A stretch of DNA of 64,000 nucleotides from an uncultured Actinomycetes bacterium (GTDB lineage Bacteria > Actinomycetota > Thermoleophilia > UBA2241): positions 96,001 through 160,000 of the forward strand of contig CAVPVX010000004.1 in the NCBI GenBank assembly GCA_963709345.1, written 5' to 3'. Under the pieces are notes generated by a model, which had not been told where the DNA came from, ran no database searches, and saw only the letters and a list, made by a program, of their open reading frames with translations. The position numbers and the translations under genes were made by a program. Below, one piece after another: positions 48,589-59,021 of the stretch. How positions within the stretch are numbered: position 1 is the stretch's first letter; every line of letters starts with the position of its first letter.

Positions 48589-49968
48589 ATGCAGCGCACG
48601 CTCCTGATCGTCGCCAATCGCGAGCAGTTCCCCGAGCCCGCCTTCCCGGTCGGGACGCTGTACGTGGCCGGAGCGCTCGAGGCCGCCGGCGCCCGGGCCC
48701 GCGTCTTCGACGCGGGCCTCCACCGGCGGCCGCTCACGGCGCTGCGCGCCGAGCTGGCCGCGTTTCGCCCCGACGTCGTCGGTCTCTCGTTGCGCAACGC
48801 CGACAACGCCGCCTGGCCGTGCACGCGCACGTACGCGGCGTGGTACGCGAGGGTGGCGGCCACCGTGCGTGAGGTCGCGCCGGGGGCACGCGTGGTCGCC
48901 GGAGGCCCCGCTTACTCGATCTTCGCTCGCGAGCTGCGGCGCGTGCTCCTCACGCGCGATGGCGTCGTCGGCGACGGCGAGGCTGCGGCCCGGCTGCTCG
49001 CCGAGGGCCGTCTGCCCGGCGGCATCGTCGAGTTGCCGCTCGAGGATCTCACCGGGGTCTCCCTGCCGCGTGACCTCGGCGTCGCCTTCCCCGGCGCTCA
49101 TCGGTATCGCACCGCCGGGGTGCAGACGGCTCGCGGGTGTCCCCACCGCTGCATCTACTGCACCTACCCTTGGCTGGAGGGCGCGCGTCTGCGGCCTCGA
49201 CCCGCGGAGGCGGTGGCCGACGAGTTCGAGCGGCTGCGCCGCGATCTCGGTGTCGCCGAAGTCTTCGTCGTCGACTCGTCGTTCAACGCGACCGAAGACC
49301 ACCTGGTGGCGGTCTGCGACGAGCTGAGCCGGCGGCGAAGCAGACCCGGCTCGCCGCTCGCGGGGGTGAGCTTCTCGTGCTATCTCGAGCCTCGCGTCAG
49401 CGACCCCGCCGTCTTCGGCCTGCTCGCCGCGGCAGGGTGCACCTCAGTCGACTTCGGGATCGACTCCGGTGCGGAGGCCATGCTGCCGGCGCTGGGTAAG
49501 TCCTTCTCGGTCGACGACGTTCGCGCCGCCACCGCGGCGGCACAGCTCGCCGGACTCGACGTCTGTCACTCGCTGCTCTTCGGTGGCCCGGGAGAGACAC
49601 TCGAGACCGTGGACGAGACGGTGCGGGTGACGGACGAGCTCGCGCCGACGGCGGTCGTCGCCATGGTCGGTCTGCGGATCTACCCCGGGACGGCGCTCGC
49701 CGTGCTGGCCCAGGAAGCGGGCCTCATCGGCGAACGCGAACCCTTGCTGGACCCACGCTTCTTCGCCGCCGGCAGGCTTGCCGGTGACCCGCGCGTCGCC
49801 TGGCTGCCCCGTCAGGTGCGCGCTGCGGCTGCCGGCCGCCGCAGCTGGTTCCTCCCCGGCGCCCGCGACTGGAGCACGGCCTGGGGACCTCGTTTGCTGC
49901 GCCGCCTCGGCAAACCCGGGCCGCTCTGGCGCAACTTCCCGCGGCCGCGCTGGTATCGCTACGTCTAG
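48589..49968 (+). CDS. B12-binding domain radical SAM protein
   Basis: PDVVGLSLRN, VAGGPA, RGCPHRCIYC, FGGPGET. Confidence 0.88.
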   Translation: MQRTLLIVANREQFPEPAFPVGTLYVAGALEAAGARARVFDAGLHRRPLTALRAELAAFRPDVVGLSLRNADNAAWPCTRTYAAWYARVAATVREVAPGARVVAGGPAYSIFARELRRVLLTRDGVVGDGEAAARLLAEGRLPGGIVELPLEDLTGVSLPRDLGVAFPGAHRYRTAGVQTARGCPHRCIYCTYPWLEGARLRPRPAEAVADEFERLRRDLGVAEVFVVDSSFNATEDHLVAVCDELSRRRSRPGSPLAGVSFSCYLEPRVSDPAVFGLLAAAGCTSVDFGIDSGAEAMLPALGKSFSVDDVRAATAAAQLAGLDVCHSLLFGGPGETLETVDETVRVTDELAPTAVVAMVGLRIYPGTALAVLAQEAGLIGEREPLLDPRFFAAGRLAGDPRVAWLPRQVRAAAAGRRSWFLPGARDWSTAWGPRLLRRLGKPGPLWRNFPRPRWYRYV

Positions 49969-49992
49969 CGCGGCCGGGGGGCCAGGACGTGC

Positions 49993-50769
49993 TCAGCCGC
50001 CGGCGCGTTCGCTCGCCGGCGCCTCACCACAGACCGGGCAGGCCAGCATCCCGAGCGGCCGCTCGAGTCCGGCGGCCGCGAGCAGCGCGTCGTCGCGGAA
50101 CACCTCGGCAGTCGGCCGGTCGGCGAGCACGCGCCCGTCGCCCATGACGATGGTCCGCTCGCACAACTCGGCGGCGAGGTCGAGGTCGTGCGTCGCGACG
50201 ATGCGCGTATGCTCGAATGTCTCGAGGAGCCCTATCAGCCTCCGCCGCGCGCGTGGGTCGAGGCCGCTCGAGGGCTCGTCCATCACCAGGACGCTGGGCT
50301 CCATCGCCAGGACGGTGGCGATGGCGACGGCGCGCTTCTCCCCGCCCGAGAGTCGGTACGGCGGGCGTTCCACGAGGTGGTGCGCGCCCACGCGCCCGAG
50401 AGCCTCCTTGACCCGGGCCGCCACCGCCTCGGGCGGGAGCCCGAGATTGAGCGGCCCGAAGCCGACATCCTCGGCCACGGTGGGCATGAAGAGCTGGTCG
50501 TCGGGATCCTGGAAGACCATGCCCACCGTACGGCGGATGTCGGGCAGCGTGCCCCTGGTCACGGGGATGCCGCCGATGTCGACGGTCCCGTGCTCCGGGG
50601 TGAGGAGGCCATTGAGGTGCAGAAGCAGTGTGGACTTGCCGGCTCCATTGGCGCCGACGACCGCGATCGCCTCACCGTGCCCGACCTCGAACGACACGTC
50701 GTCCAGCGCCCGCGTGCCGTCCGGGTAGGAGAAGCTCAGGGCGCGCACGCTGATCGTGTGGTGGCTCAT
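49993..50769 (-). CDS. cbiO: ECF transporter ATPase (CbiO/NikO)
   Basis: GANGAGKST, FQDPDDQLF, LSGGEK, MDEP. Confidence 0.9.
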   Translation of the reverse strand: MSHHTISVRALSFSYPDGTRALDDVSFEVGHGEAIAVVGANGAGKSTLLLHLNGLLTPEHGTVDIGGIPVTRGTLPDIRRTVGMVFQDPDDQLFMPTVAEDVGFGPLNLGLPPEAVAARVKEALGRVGAHHLVERPPYRLSGGEKRAVAIATVLAMEPSVLVMDEPSSGLDPRARRRLIGLLETFEHTRIVATHDLDLAAELCERTIVMGDGRVLADRPTAEVFRDDALLAAAGLERPLGMLACPVCGEAPASERAGG

Positions 50770-51578
50770 CCGGTCAGCTCCGTGACGAGGCGGCCGACGG
50801 CGAGCGGCAGGTTGATGGCGCGGAACAGGATGAAGGCGGCCGACCAGACGAGGACGAAGGCCAGGTCGGCCGTCCGGAAGTGCAGGCGCCGGGCGACCCG
50901 GATCTCTCCGGTGAAGCCGCGGCACTTCATCGCCAGGTAGATCCGCTGCGCCCGCGCGAAGGAGCGCAGCAGCAACTGGCCCAGCATCTGGCCGTACACG
51001 CGCCAGTCCATGCCGCGCCGCCCGAAGCTGCGCAGGCGCCGCGCCTGCCCCATGCGCGAGGCCTCGTCGCCGAGCACGAAGATGTAGCGGAACAGCAGGA
51101 GCAGTTGGGTGACCATCACATCCGGGACTCTGAGCTTCTGCAGGGCCAGGCAGATGCCGGTGAAGCCGGTCGTCGCGGTCAACACCAGCGCGGCGCCGGC
51201 GGTGAGCAGAAAGCGCAGCACGATGGAGGCGTACGAGACCCAGCCGCCGGTGACGCCCCATCCGCCGATCTGCGCGACGACCTCGCGGTCGAAGACGGGG
51301 TTGAAGGCGCCCACGAGGAGCGCGAAGGGCGAGACGACGAGGAGCAGGCGGCCGATGAGGCCCAGCGGCAGGCCGCCCTCGGTCGCCAGCACGACGGGGA
51401 AGACGGCGAACGGCAGGAGGCCGAGCAGGTCGTACTTGCCGTAGGAGACGACGCAGACGACGTAGACCGCCGTCGTGACGACCTTGGCGCGAGGGTCGAC
51501 GCGGTGGACCGGCGTGTCGAGCCGCGCCAGCCGGTCGAGCCGGTCGATCGCGGAGAGGCCGGAGGCGACTGACGACAC
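50766..51578 (-). CDS. cbiQ: ECF transporter T component (CbiQ/NikQ)
   Basis: HRVDPRAK, FRYIFVL, ARRLR, AMKCRGF. Confidence 0.9.
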   Translation of the reverse strand: MSSVASGLSAIDRLDRLARLDTPVHRVDPRAKVVTTAVYVVCVVSYGKYDLLGLLPFAVFPVVLATEGGLPLGLIGRLLLVVSPFALLVGAFNPVFDREVVAQIGGWGVTGGWVSYASIVLRFLLTAGAALVLTATTGFTGICLALQKLRVPDVMVTQLLLLFRYIFVLGDEASRMGQARRLRSFGRRGMDWRVYGQMLGQLLLRSFARAQRIYLAMKCRGFTGEIRVARRLHFRTADLAFVLVWSAAFILFRAINLPLAVGRLVTELTG

Positions 51579-51591
51579 GGCCCGGCCGGTC

Positions 51592-52008
51592 TCAGGCGAT
51601 GTCGCCGGTGGTCGTCGCCACGAAGCGCCCGTGCTTGACGCCCTTGGTGCCGATGAGGCTGTCGGCGATGCGCTTGATGTCACGGGCGATGCCGCGGAGC
51701 ACGACCACTTCGAGACAGTGGTCGGCGTCGAGGTGTACGTGCAGGGTGGAGACGATCTCCTCGTGGTGGGCGTGCTGATGGTGGGTGAGCTTGTCGGCGA
51801 GGTCGTGGGAGTGGTGGTCGTACACCAGGGTGACGGTGCCGATGGCCTCGGCATCGCCGATCTCCCACTGGTCTTCCACCAGCGCGCCGCGGATGAGGTC
51901 GCGAAGGGCCTCCGAACGGTTCACGTAGGCCTTCTCGGCGATCAGCTCGTCGTAGCGGTCGAGCAGGCGCTCGTCCATGGAGACGCCGAAGCGCACGAGG
52001 TTGGACAT
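51592..52008 (-). CDS. nikR: Nickel-responsive regulator
   Basis: [41 protein letters not shown]. Confidence 0.95.
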   Translation of the reverse strand: MSNLVRFGVSMDERLLDRYDELIAEKAYVNRSEALRDLIRGALVEDQWEIGDAEAIGTVTLVYDHHSHDLADKLTHHQHAHHEEIVSTLHVHLDADHCLEVVVLRGIARDIKRIADSLIGTKGVKHGRFVATTTGDIA

Positions 52009-52030
52009 GGCGCCTGCCTTTCGTCGGTCG

Positions 52031-52183
52031 GTTCGTGCCACAGGATTGCCCGCAGATTAGCACGAACAGTGGCATCGATCGTATGGATGTGGCACGACCG
52101 GTGCGTTTCTTGACCACCCCCCGAAGCTGGGCTAGTGTGCGGTTTGTAGTAGCACGAGTCTCTGTTCTGTAGCACCGTAGCAC
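52031..52183. promoter_or_regulatory. Putative NikR operator cluster between divergent nikR and cbiM/nikMN
   Basis: GTAGCAC-N13-GTAGCAC-C-GTAGCAC (52149-52183), GTGGCAT-N13-GTGGCAC (52069-52095), inverted repeat GTTCGTGC/GCACGAAC (52031-52067). Confidence 0.65.
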
Positions 52184-52275
52184 GCAAGCGGGGACGCCGC
52201 ACGAGGTACCGGCTCTCGATACCTCCAAAGGCGTCCGTGGCCGGTCGGCCGAACCTCGGGGGAGGAACCCGCGAC

Positions 52276-53340
52276 ATGCACATGGCCGATGCCTTGATCT
52301 CACCCGCCGTCGGCGGCGCGATGTGGATCGCCGCGGGTGTCGCGATCACCTACAGCGCTCGCAAGGTGCGGAATGAGCTCGACGAGAGCAAGATCCCGCT
52401 GATGGGCGTCGCCGGCGCCTTCGTCTTCGCCGCACAGATGCTCAACTTCACGATCCCCGGCACCGGCTCGAGCGGGCACTTGGTCGGAGCGCTTCTTCTG
52501 GCGATCCTGTTAGGGAGGAACGCCGCCCTGATCGTCATGGCGTCCATCCTGGCCGTACAGGCGTTGTTCTTCGCCGACGGGGGTCTCCTGGCGCTCGGCT
52601 GCAACATCGTGAACATGGGCGTCATCCCGATCTTCATCGCCTACCCTCTGATCTACCGCAGGATCGTCGGCGTCGGCGCTCCGCCGTCGCGTGGACGCAT
52701 CGTCGTCGGCGCCGTCCTGGCCTCGGTGATCGGCCTGCAACTCGGCGCCTTCGCGGTCGTGCTCCAGACGACCGTCTCCGGCATCACCGAGCTGCCGTTC
52801 TCCACGTTCCTCGTCATGATGCTGCCGATCCACCTGGCCATCGGAGCCATCGAGGGTGTCGTCACCGCCGTCGTGGTGCTGTTCGTGCTCCAGGCGCAAC
52901 CCGAGATCCTGGCTCGCAGCGCCGCAAGCAAGCCTATGCACGGGGTGCGCATCAAGCCGGTGGTCATCGGGCTCGCCGTCGCCGCCGTGGTGGCCGCCGT
53001 GGCCCTCTCCTGGTTCGCGTCCACCTACTCCGACGGCCTCGAGTGGTCGATCGCCAGGGTCACCGGCACCGAAGAGGCGTTGCCCGCCGACTCGTCGGTC
53101 CAGGCGGCGGCCGCCCAGGTGCAGGAGGGTACGGCCTTCCTCCCCGACTACGGGTTCAGGCAGAGTGAGACTGCCGTCGACGAAGCTGCGGTCGAGGACG
53201 AGCCCGCCTGGCCGGCGGTCGACGCCGGGACGAGCGTGGCCGGCCTGGTCGGCGGAGCGCTCGTCGCCGGGATCGTCTTCCTGATCGGCTTCGTGCTGTA
53301 CCGGCGCTCGACGGTGCGGCGCGCCAAGGCCGGCGCGTAG
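52276..53340 (+). CDS. cbiM: ECF Ni/Co substrate component CbiM/NikM fused to an N (PDGLE-like) domain
   Basis: MHMADAL N-terminus, GSSGHL, FADGG, SDGLE, PDY; GGAGG RBS. Confidence 0.9.
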   Translation: MHMADALISPAVGGAMWIAAGVAITYSARKVRNELDESKIPLMGVAGAFVFAAQMLNFTIPGTGSSGHLVGALLLAILLGRNAALIVMASILAVQALFFADGGLLALGCNIVNMGVIPIFIAYPLIYRRIVGVGAPPSRGRIVVGAVLASVIGLQLGAFAVVLQTTVSGITELPFSTFLVMMLPIHLAIGAIEGVVTAVVVLFVLQAQPEILARSAASKPMHGVRIKPVVIGLAVAAVVAAVALSWFASTYSDGLEWSIARVTGTEEALPADSSVQAAAAQVQEGTAFLPDYGFRQSETAVDEAAVEDEPAWPAVDAGTSVAGLVGGALVAGIVFLIGFVLYRRSTVRRAKAGA

Positions 53341-53451
53341 AAGGGTGAGGTGGCGGCCGCCGGCCGCGTGGCCGCCGCCTCTTCACGACGCCCCTCACAT
53401 GCGTGAGCCCGGCATGCGTGCGCCGGGCTGCGATCGGGTAGGGACCCACGC

Positions 53452-54420
53452 ATGAGAGCATTCGTGACAGGCGGCACCGGATTCCTCGGCTCCGCAGTGG
53501 TACGGCGACTGGTCGAGCGCGGGGTCGAGGTCGAGGCGCTGGCGCGTTCGGCCGGGGCGGCTGCGCAGCTGACCCGCCTGGGAGCGCGTCCTGTGCGCGG
53601 CAGCGTGACCGACTTCGATGCGCTTCACGTCTCCGTGCGCGGCGCCGACGCCGTCTATCACATCGCCGGGATGTACCGTATCGGAATCAGGGACTCCGAC
53701 CACGAGGCGATGTTCCAGGCCAACGTGGACGGCACGACGCTCGTGCTCGACGCTGCTGTGGCCGCCTCCGTCCCGCGCATCGTCTATGTCTCCACGGTCA
53801 ACGTGTTCGGCAACACGCGAGGCAAGGTCGTGGACGAGACCTACCAGCGGCCGGACCGTGCCTTCATGAGCTACTACGACGCGACCAAGTACCTGGCCCA
53901 CGGCGTTGCGGTGTCGCGCGCCGCGGCCGGCGCGCCGCTCGTCATCGTGCAGCCAGGATCCGTCTACGGGCCGGGCGATCACAGCGAGATCGGCGCCCAG
54001 ATCGAGCAAGTGCGCCGCGGCAAGTATCGAGTCAAGATGTTCCCGGAGCTGGGTGTCACCATGAGCTACATAGACGACGTCGCGGAGGGGATGATCCTTG
54101 CGGGGGAGAAGGGGCGCGCCGGGGAGTCCTACGTGCTCGGCGGCGAAGTGACGCGGCTGAGCCTGTTGCTCGACATGGTCGCGGACCTCACCGGGAACCG
54201 CCGGCCTCGGGTCACGGTGCCGCCGCCGGCGATCCGCGCCCTGGTGCCGCTGGGGCGGATGATCGGGCCGCTTGTAGGCGTTGGGCCCAATCTCCGCGAA
54301 ACGGTCCACGCCAGCGACGGCGTGACGTACTGGGCGTCGAGCGGCAAGGCCGAACGCGAGCTCGGCTACGCGCCACGTGGTCTCGACCGGGGGCTACGCG
54401 ACCTGCTCGCCGCGACCTGA
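53452..54420 (+). CDS. NAD-dependent epimerase/dehydratase (dihydroflavonol reductase-like)
   Basis: TGGTGFLG, YDATK, VYGPGD. Confidence 0.88.
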   Translation: MRAFVTGGTGFLGSAVVRRLVERGVEVEALARSAGAAAQLTRLGARPVRGSVTDFDALHVSVRGADAVYHIAGMYRIGIRDSDHEAMFQANVDGTTLVLDAAVAASVPRIVYVSTVNVFGNTRGKVVDETYQRPDRAFMSYYDATKYLAHGVAVSRAAAGAPLVIVQPGSVYGPGDHSEIGAQIEQVRRGKYRVKMFPELGVTMSYIDDVAEGMILAGEKGRAGESYVLGGEVTRLSLLLDMVADLTGNRRPRVTVPPPAIRALVPLGRMIGPLVGVGPNLRETVHASDGVTYWASSGKAERELGYAPRGLDRGLRDLLAAT

Positions 54421-54478
54421 CCCACCACGGACGGCGTGTGGACGCGCGGGCGGCGCGGGTTCAGGCCGCCCCCCGGCG

Positions 54479-54745
54479 CTACCTGCGGCGCGGGAGCGAC
54501 GCTGCCGACCAGCCCACCGCGAGCACGGCGACGATCGCCAGACGAACGCCGAGCGACCAGTCCGTCTGCCACACCCAGAGCCCGACCATCCACGGCAGAA
54601 AGACGATCCAGACGACGATCTGGAACGGCCAGGCGAGGTCGCGCGTCCACTGCCAGGTGTCGTTCAGCGTCTCGGGTGAGGCAAAGGCCAGGGCGATGAA
54701 GAGGCCCCACAGGCCGACCATGATGATGAAGAACAGACGTTTCAC
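54479..54745 (-). CDS. Small Trp-rich membrane protein
   Basis: Three hydrophobic segments; GTGA overlap with the TetR stop. Confidence 0.65.
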   Translation of the reverse strand: MKRLFFIIMVGLWGLFIALAFASPETLNDTWQWTRDLAWPFQIVVWIVFLPWMVGLWVWQTDWSLGVRLAIVAVLAVGWSAASLPRRR

Positions 54746-55353
54746 GGCTGCAGCTGAAGCCCCGTCTCAAGGCGCGCCAGGGTGGCGTCGAGGACGTCGA
54801 GCATCGCGGGGAACTCAACGTCCTCGAACGTCAGGTAGGCGCCCATGAGGGCTCCGACGAGGGCGCCGGCAAAAGTCCGGACGGCGGGCTCCTCGGCCGA
54901 CCGGCCCGTCCGCGCCGCCGTGATGCTCGCCATCAGCGTGATGGCCTCTGCGAACATACTGAGCGCGCGCAGACGGAGCTCGGGGACCGAGCGTATGAGC
55001 GCCTGGCGCTCGCGCTCGCGCGCCATCTGCTCCCGCGAGAGGCCCGAGTACACTTCGCGCAGCGTGTGTCGGAGTGCTTCGATGACGGTGAGATCGGACG
55101 GCTGTCGCTCCAGGAGGCTGAGCATGAGCGGGTCGGTGGCGTCGAACAGCACGACGTCTTCCTTGGTCGGGAAGTACCGGAAGAACGTGCTCGGCGAGAC
55201 CTCCGCGGCCGCGGCGATCTGCTCGACGGTCGTCCCGGCGTAGCCCTGCCGGCGAAAGAGGCGCAGGGCATGCTCCTGGATCGAGGCGCGCGTCTTGACC
55301 TTCTTTCGCTCGCGCAGCCCCAGGGGCGGATCAGTCGAGTGCGATTGCGCCAT
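54742..55353 (-). CDS. TetR family regulator
   Basis: GLRERKK...TTVEQIAAAAEVSPSTFFRYFPTKED. Confidence 0.93.
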   Translation of the reverse strand: MAQSHSTDPPLGLRERKKVKTRASIQEHALRLFRRQGYAGTTVEQIAAAAEVSPSTFFRYFPTKEDVVLFDATDPLMLSLLERQPSDLTVIEALRHTLREVYSGLSREQMARERERQALIRSVPELRLRALSMFAEAITLMASITAARTGRSAEEPAVRTFAGALVGALMGAYLTFEDVEFPAMLDVLDATLARLETGLQLQP

Positions 55354-56938
55354 GGCCGGATTCTACTTCACCGGGGCCGCTTCGGTCGCCGGCGGACTGC
55401 GCCCCAGGCGCCGCGTCCTCCTGTCGGCTCCGATCCGTCCGCCTCTGGTCGTCTGCGGCCGGGTGTCTCCCGGGCATGAACAGGAGGGCGAGCGCGACGC
55501 CGGCCGCGGCCACGATCGCGCCGGCGAGAAGCGCCGCGTGGATGCCGTCGAGGAACGCCAGCCGCACACCCTCGAGCACTTCCGGGGAGCCGAGCCGCCG
55601 GGCCACCGCGACGCCGGTGGAGACGCCCTCGCTCACGGCTTCCGAGGCTTCCTCAGGGAGCGCCATCGTGTCCAGGCCGGCCCGGTAGACGGCGTTCAGC
55701 AGTGAGCCGGTGATCGCCGCGCCGAACGCTCCGCCGACCATGCGCAGCGACTGGATGAGCCCCGATCCGACACCGGCGTGCTCGGGCGAGAGCGCGCCGA
55801 GCGCGGTGTCCGTCGTCGTCGGGATAGCCAGACCCATTCCGAAGCCGCAGACCGCGAGCCACGTCATGGCGAACCCATCCGAGCTGGACGCGCTCGTGGT
55901 GCTTCCCGCCACAAGCCCGGCCGCGATGAAGGCGAAGCCCAGCGCGACGACCGGCTTGACGCCTGCGCGCCGAGCCAATCTGGTCGCCAGGATCGCTCCG
56001 GCGAGCAGACCGCCGATCATCGGCAACTGCCGCACGCCGTTGCCCAGCGCGTCCAGCCCGAGCACGTCCTGGAAGTAGAGCGGCGTCGCGAAGAGCACGC
56101 CCATCATCGCGAAGGAGACGAGCGTGGCGAGCGCGGTGCCCCAGCAGAAGCGCGGCGAGCGGAACAGCCGCATGTCGATGAGAGGGGAGCGCACGCGCCG
56201 CTCCCAGAGCGCGAAGGCCGCGAGGACGGCGCCGCCCGCGGCCAGCGTCACGATCGCCGCGGGGTCGGTCCACCCGTGCCGGCCCGCGGCGATGACGCCG
56301 TACGTGACGCCGGCGAGACCGGCGCTCGAGAGGATCATGCCGAGCGGGTCGAAGCGGGGTCGCGTCTGGCTGCGCGACTCCGGGACGAGGACGGCGCCGG
56401 CGACGAGCGCCACGAGCACGACGGGCACGTTGATCACGAAGACCGATCCCCACCAGAACGTCGTGAGAAGCCAGCCTCCGAGGAGGGGGCCGACGGGCTG
56501 GCCGATGATGGAGGCGGCCATGATCGCCGCGACCGCCTTTGGCCGATCGGCAGAGGAGAACAGGGCGGGGATGGCTCCGAGGGCCGCGGGGACTATCATC
56601 GCGGCGCCCAGTCCGAGAGCCACCCGAGCGGCGAGGAACTCCGTGGCCGTCGTCGAGTACGCGCAGGCGAGCGAGCTCACGCCGAGGATGAACAGCGCGA
56701 GCAGCAGCAGCTTCTTGCGGCCGTACCTGTCGCCGAGCATGCCGGCGGGGATCATCGCGGCGGCGAACACGAGCAGGTAGGCAGAGACGAACCACTGCAG
56801 CTGGGACGTCGAGGCGTCGAGGCTCACGGCGAGGGTCGGGAGGGCCAAGCCGAGCACGGTCGCGTCGATGCCGACCACGAGGACGGCGGGCACCATGGCG
56901 GCGAGGGCCCACCAGCGGCGGGAGGTCGGGACGTTCAT
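55331..56938 (-). CDS. DHA2 (14-TMS) MFS efflux transporter
   Basis: DATVLGLALP, GDRYGRK, WGSVFVINVP. Confidence 0.92.
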   Translation of the reverse strand: MNVPTSRRWWALAAMVPAVLVVGIDATVLGLALPTLAVSLDASTSQLQWFVSAYLLVFAAAMIPAGMLGDRYGRKKLLLLALFILGVSSLACAYSTTATEFLAARVALGLGAAMIVPAALGAIPALFSSADRPKAVAAIMAASIIGQPVGPLLGGWLLTTFWWGSVFVINVPVVLVALVAGAVLVPESRSQTRPRFDPLGMILSSAGLAGVTYGVIAAGRHGWTDPAAIVTLAAGGAVLAAFALWERRVRSPLIDMRLFRSPRFCWGTALATLVSFAMMGVLFATPLYFQDVLGLDALGNGVRQLPMIGGLLAGAILATRLARRAGVKPVVALGFAFIAAGLVAGSTTSASSSDGFAMTWLAVCGFGMGLAIPTTTDTALGALSPEHAGVGSGLIQSLRMVGGAFGAAITGSLLNAVYRAGLDTMALPEEASEAVSEGVSTGVAVARRLGSPEVLEGVRLAFLDGIHAALLAGAIVAAAGVALALLFMPGRHPAADDQRRTDRSRQEDAAPGAQSAGDRSGPGEVESGHGAIALD

Positions 56939-56950
56939 GACAGCACCATC

Positions 56951-56977
56951 CTTTCAGTAGCTACATGCTACTGAAAG
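56951..56977. promoter_or_regulatory. Putative TetR operator
   Basis: Perfect 11-bp inverted repeat CTTTCAGTAGC-TACAT-GCTACTGAAAG 12 nt upstream of the MFS start. Confidence 0.75.
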
Positions 56978-57017
56978 TGTCTATCAAAAACGTGTAACTG
57001 TCAATGGATGGATGCCG

Positions 57018-57965
57018 TTACGTCAATCCGTCACCGGCCGGACGGTGGGCTCCTCGCCAGGCGCGGCGGCGCCGCGCCGGCCCTGCGAGGAGCCCGTGCG
57101 CGGCGAGCACCGCGAGCGCGGCGACGATCAGGATCATGCCGACACCCTCGACGAGCGTCGGCACCTCCCCCAGTTGCAGCCAGGCGGCGCCGACGCCCAC
57201 GACGGGGATCGCGAGCGTCCCCAGGCCCGCTGCGCCGGCCGGCAGCGCGTGCAGCGCATAGAGCCAGAGGAACCAGGCTACGGCGTTCGCGAGGATCACC
57301 GTGTAGGCGAGCCCCCAGACGAAGCCGAAGGTCCACTGGGGCGCGCCGCCGTAGGTGATCACGGCCGCGATGATGAGGGGCACGGAGCCGAAGGCCATCT
57401 GCCAGGTGGTCAGCGAGAGCACGTCCACCGTGTGCCGTCGCTGCAGGAGCTTGACCACGAGGGCAGCGGCTGCCCACGAGAGTCCTCCGAGGACGGTGAG
57501 CACGCCGGCCGTCGTTCCCTCGAACCGCCAGGGGCTGACGACCAGCACGAGACCGATGAATGAGAGGCAGACGGCGAACCACTGCGCGCCGCGCAGGCGC
57601 TCGCCGAGGAAGACCCACGCCAGCAGCAGCAGCCAGAAGGGCATGGTGTAGGTGAGCACCGAGACCTTGCCGGCGCCGGCGCTGCTGAGCGCCGTGATCA
57701 CGAGGCCGACGAAGAGCGTCGTCTGCAGCAGGCCGATGAGCATGGTGTAGCCGAGCGGCGGCGGCCGCAGGGGCCTCCGCAGCACGAGCATGACGATGAA
57801 GAGGCAGACGGCGCTCAGGGGGACGCGCAGCGCTGCGAACGTGAGCGCTTCCGAGTAGCCGAGCGCGACCTTCGTCGCGATCCAGCCGTAGCCCCAGATG
57901 GGGCCGAGCAGGACGAGGGCGAGCACCCCGAGGTCGCGCGGGTGCCTGGATGGCGGCGCGGGCAT
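57018..57965 (-). CDS. EamA/DMT family transporter
   Basis: IWGYGW, YTMPFW, FLGERL, LGEVP; about ten TM helices. Confidence 0.9.
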   Translation of the reverse strand: MPAPPSRHPRDLGVLALVLLGPIWGYGWIATKVALGYSEALTFAALRVPLSAVCLFIVMLVLRRPLRPPPLGYTMLIGLLQTTLFVGLVITALSSAGAGKVSVLTYTMPFWLLLLAWVFLGERLRGAQWFAVCLSFIGLVLVVSPWRFEGTTAGVLTVLGGLSWAAAALVVKLLQRRHTVDVLSLTTWQMAFGSVPLIIAAVITYGGAPQWTFGFVWGLAYTVILANAVAWFLWLYALHALPAGAAGLGTLAIPVVGVGAAWLQLGEVPTLVEGVGMILIVAALAVLAAHGLLAGPARRRRAWRGAHRPAGDGLT

Positions 57966-58233
57966 GGGACAATGCTAGCCGACGCGCATCGGCTGTGCCG
58001 CGCCGGGACGGCGCGTCAGTCAGTGGCCGCATGCGCCGCCGATGTCCCACGGGCGCACGACCAGCACGAGGCCGGCAAAGGCGAGCGTGGCGGGCGCACC
58101 CTCGGCGGCGACCGAACGTGCTCCGTCGCAGCGCGCCGCTTGCGCCAACGGTTGCGCCCGCTCCTCCATCGGGGAGGATGATGTGCCGAGAGGAGCGTGC
58201 GGGGAGTCTGTAGCTGCGAGAGGGGGCACTGTC

Positions 58234-58902
58234 GTGAGCGAGCAAGACGGTTCGGTACGGCGTCCGGTGACTCTCGGAGTCTCACGTGATGCACTGGTAC
58301 TGGTTCTTCTGCTGGTGGCCGTCGCGCTCGGAATGGCCGCCTGCGGTGGCTCCGAGTCGTCCGGCGACGCGTCGGGAGGAGGCGATGGCGGGGACGAGGC
58401 CGCCCAGGCCGACAGCTTCCTGGCGGCTTGGCCGAAGGCGCAGGATTCCGTGGCCAAGCTGGCCGACGACGCCGTGCTTCTGTCGGCCGGCACGAGCGGG
58501 CTCGCGCTCGCCGACGTGCCGTCGTCGTGGAGCTTCATCCTCTACTCGCCCGGCACGAAGCGCATCTACTCGGTCGCGGTCGAGCACGGGACCGCGCAGG
58601 CCGCGCGAGACCTCGGCGGGGCGACCCAGGATACCGACGTGAGCGGGGCCATCGATGTCGAGTCGATCAAGGTCGGGGCCGCCGACGCGGTCGTCAAGGC
58701 GCGCGAGTTCGGCGAGAAGTCGGGCGAGGTGCCCATGAACGTGCTGGTCGGCGGCGCTTTCGTCGATCTGCCGGGCGCCGCCGACCTCAACGTGCGCAGC
58801 GGCGTATGGACCGTCACCTTCGCGACGGGCACCGACCTTGCCGACGCGCAGAAGTACGACGTCGACATGATGACCGGCGAGGTCACCGCCGTGAAGGACT
58901 AG
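58234..58902 (+). CDS. Hypothetical lipoprotein (PepSY-like C-terminus)
   Basis: MAAC lipobox; YDVDMMTGEV. Confidence 0.65.
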   Translation: MSEQDGSVRRPVTLGVSRDALVLVLLLVAVALGMAACGGSESSGDASGGGDGGDEAAQADSFLAAWPKAQDSVAKLADDAVLLSAGTSGLALADVPSSWSFILYSPGTKRIYSVAVEHGTAQAARDLGGATQDTDVSGAIDVESIKVGAADAVVKAREFGEKSGEVPMNVLVGGAFVDLPGAADLNVRSGVWTVTFATGTDLADAQKYDVDMMTGEVTAVKD

Positions 58903-59021
58903 CGTCCGCGGCGGCTCGCCCGGCGCTGACGCAACGCTCGCGCCTGCTACCATCGCCCCCGGAGACCAGAGCGCGGTCGCGACACGTGGCCCGCGCCGTG
59001 AACGACCCGGGAGGCCGTCAG

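Noticed and set aside
52010-52275. Cobalamin riboswitch upstream of cbiM
   Set aside because: No B12-box or conserved core seen; the spacer is explained by NikR-like sites
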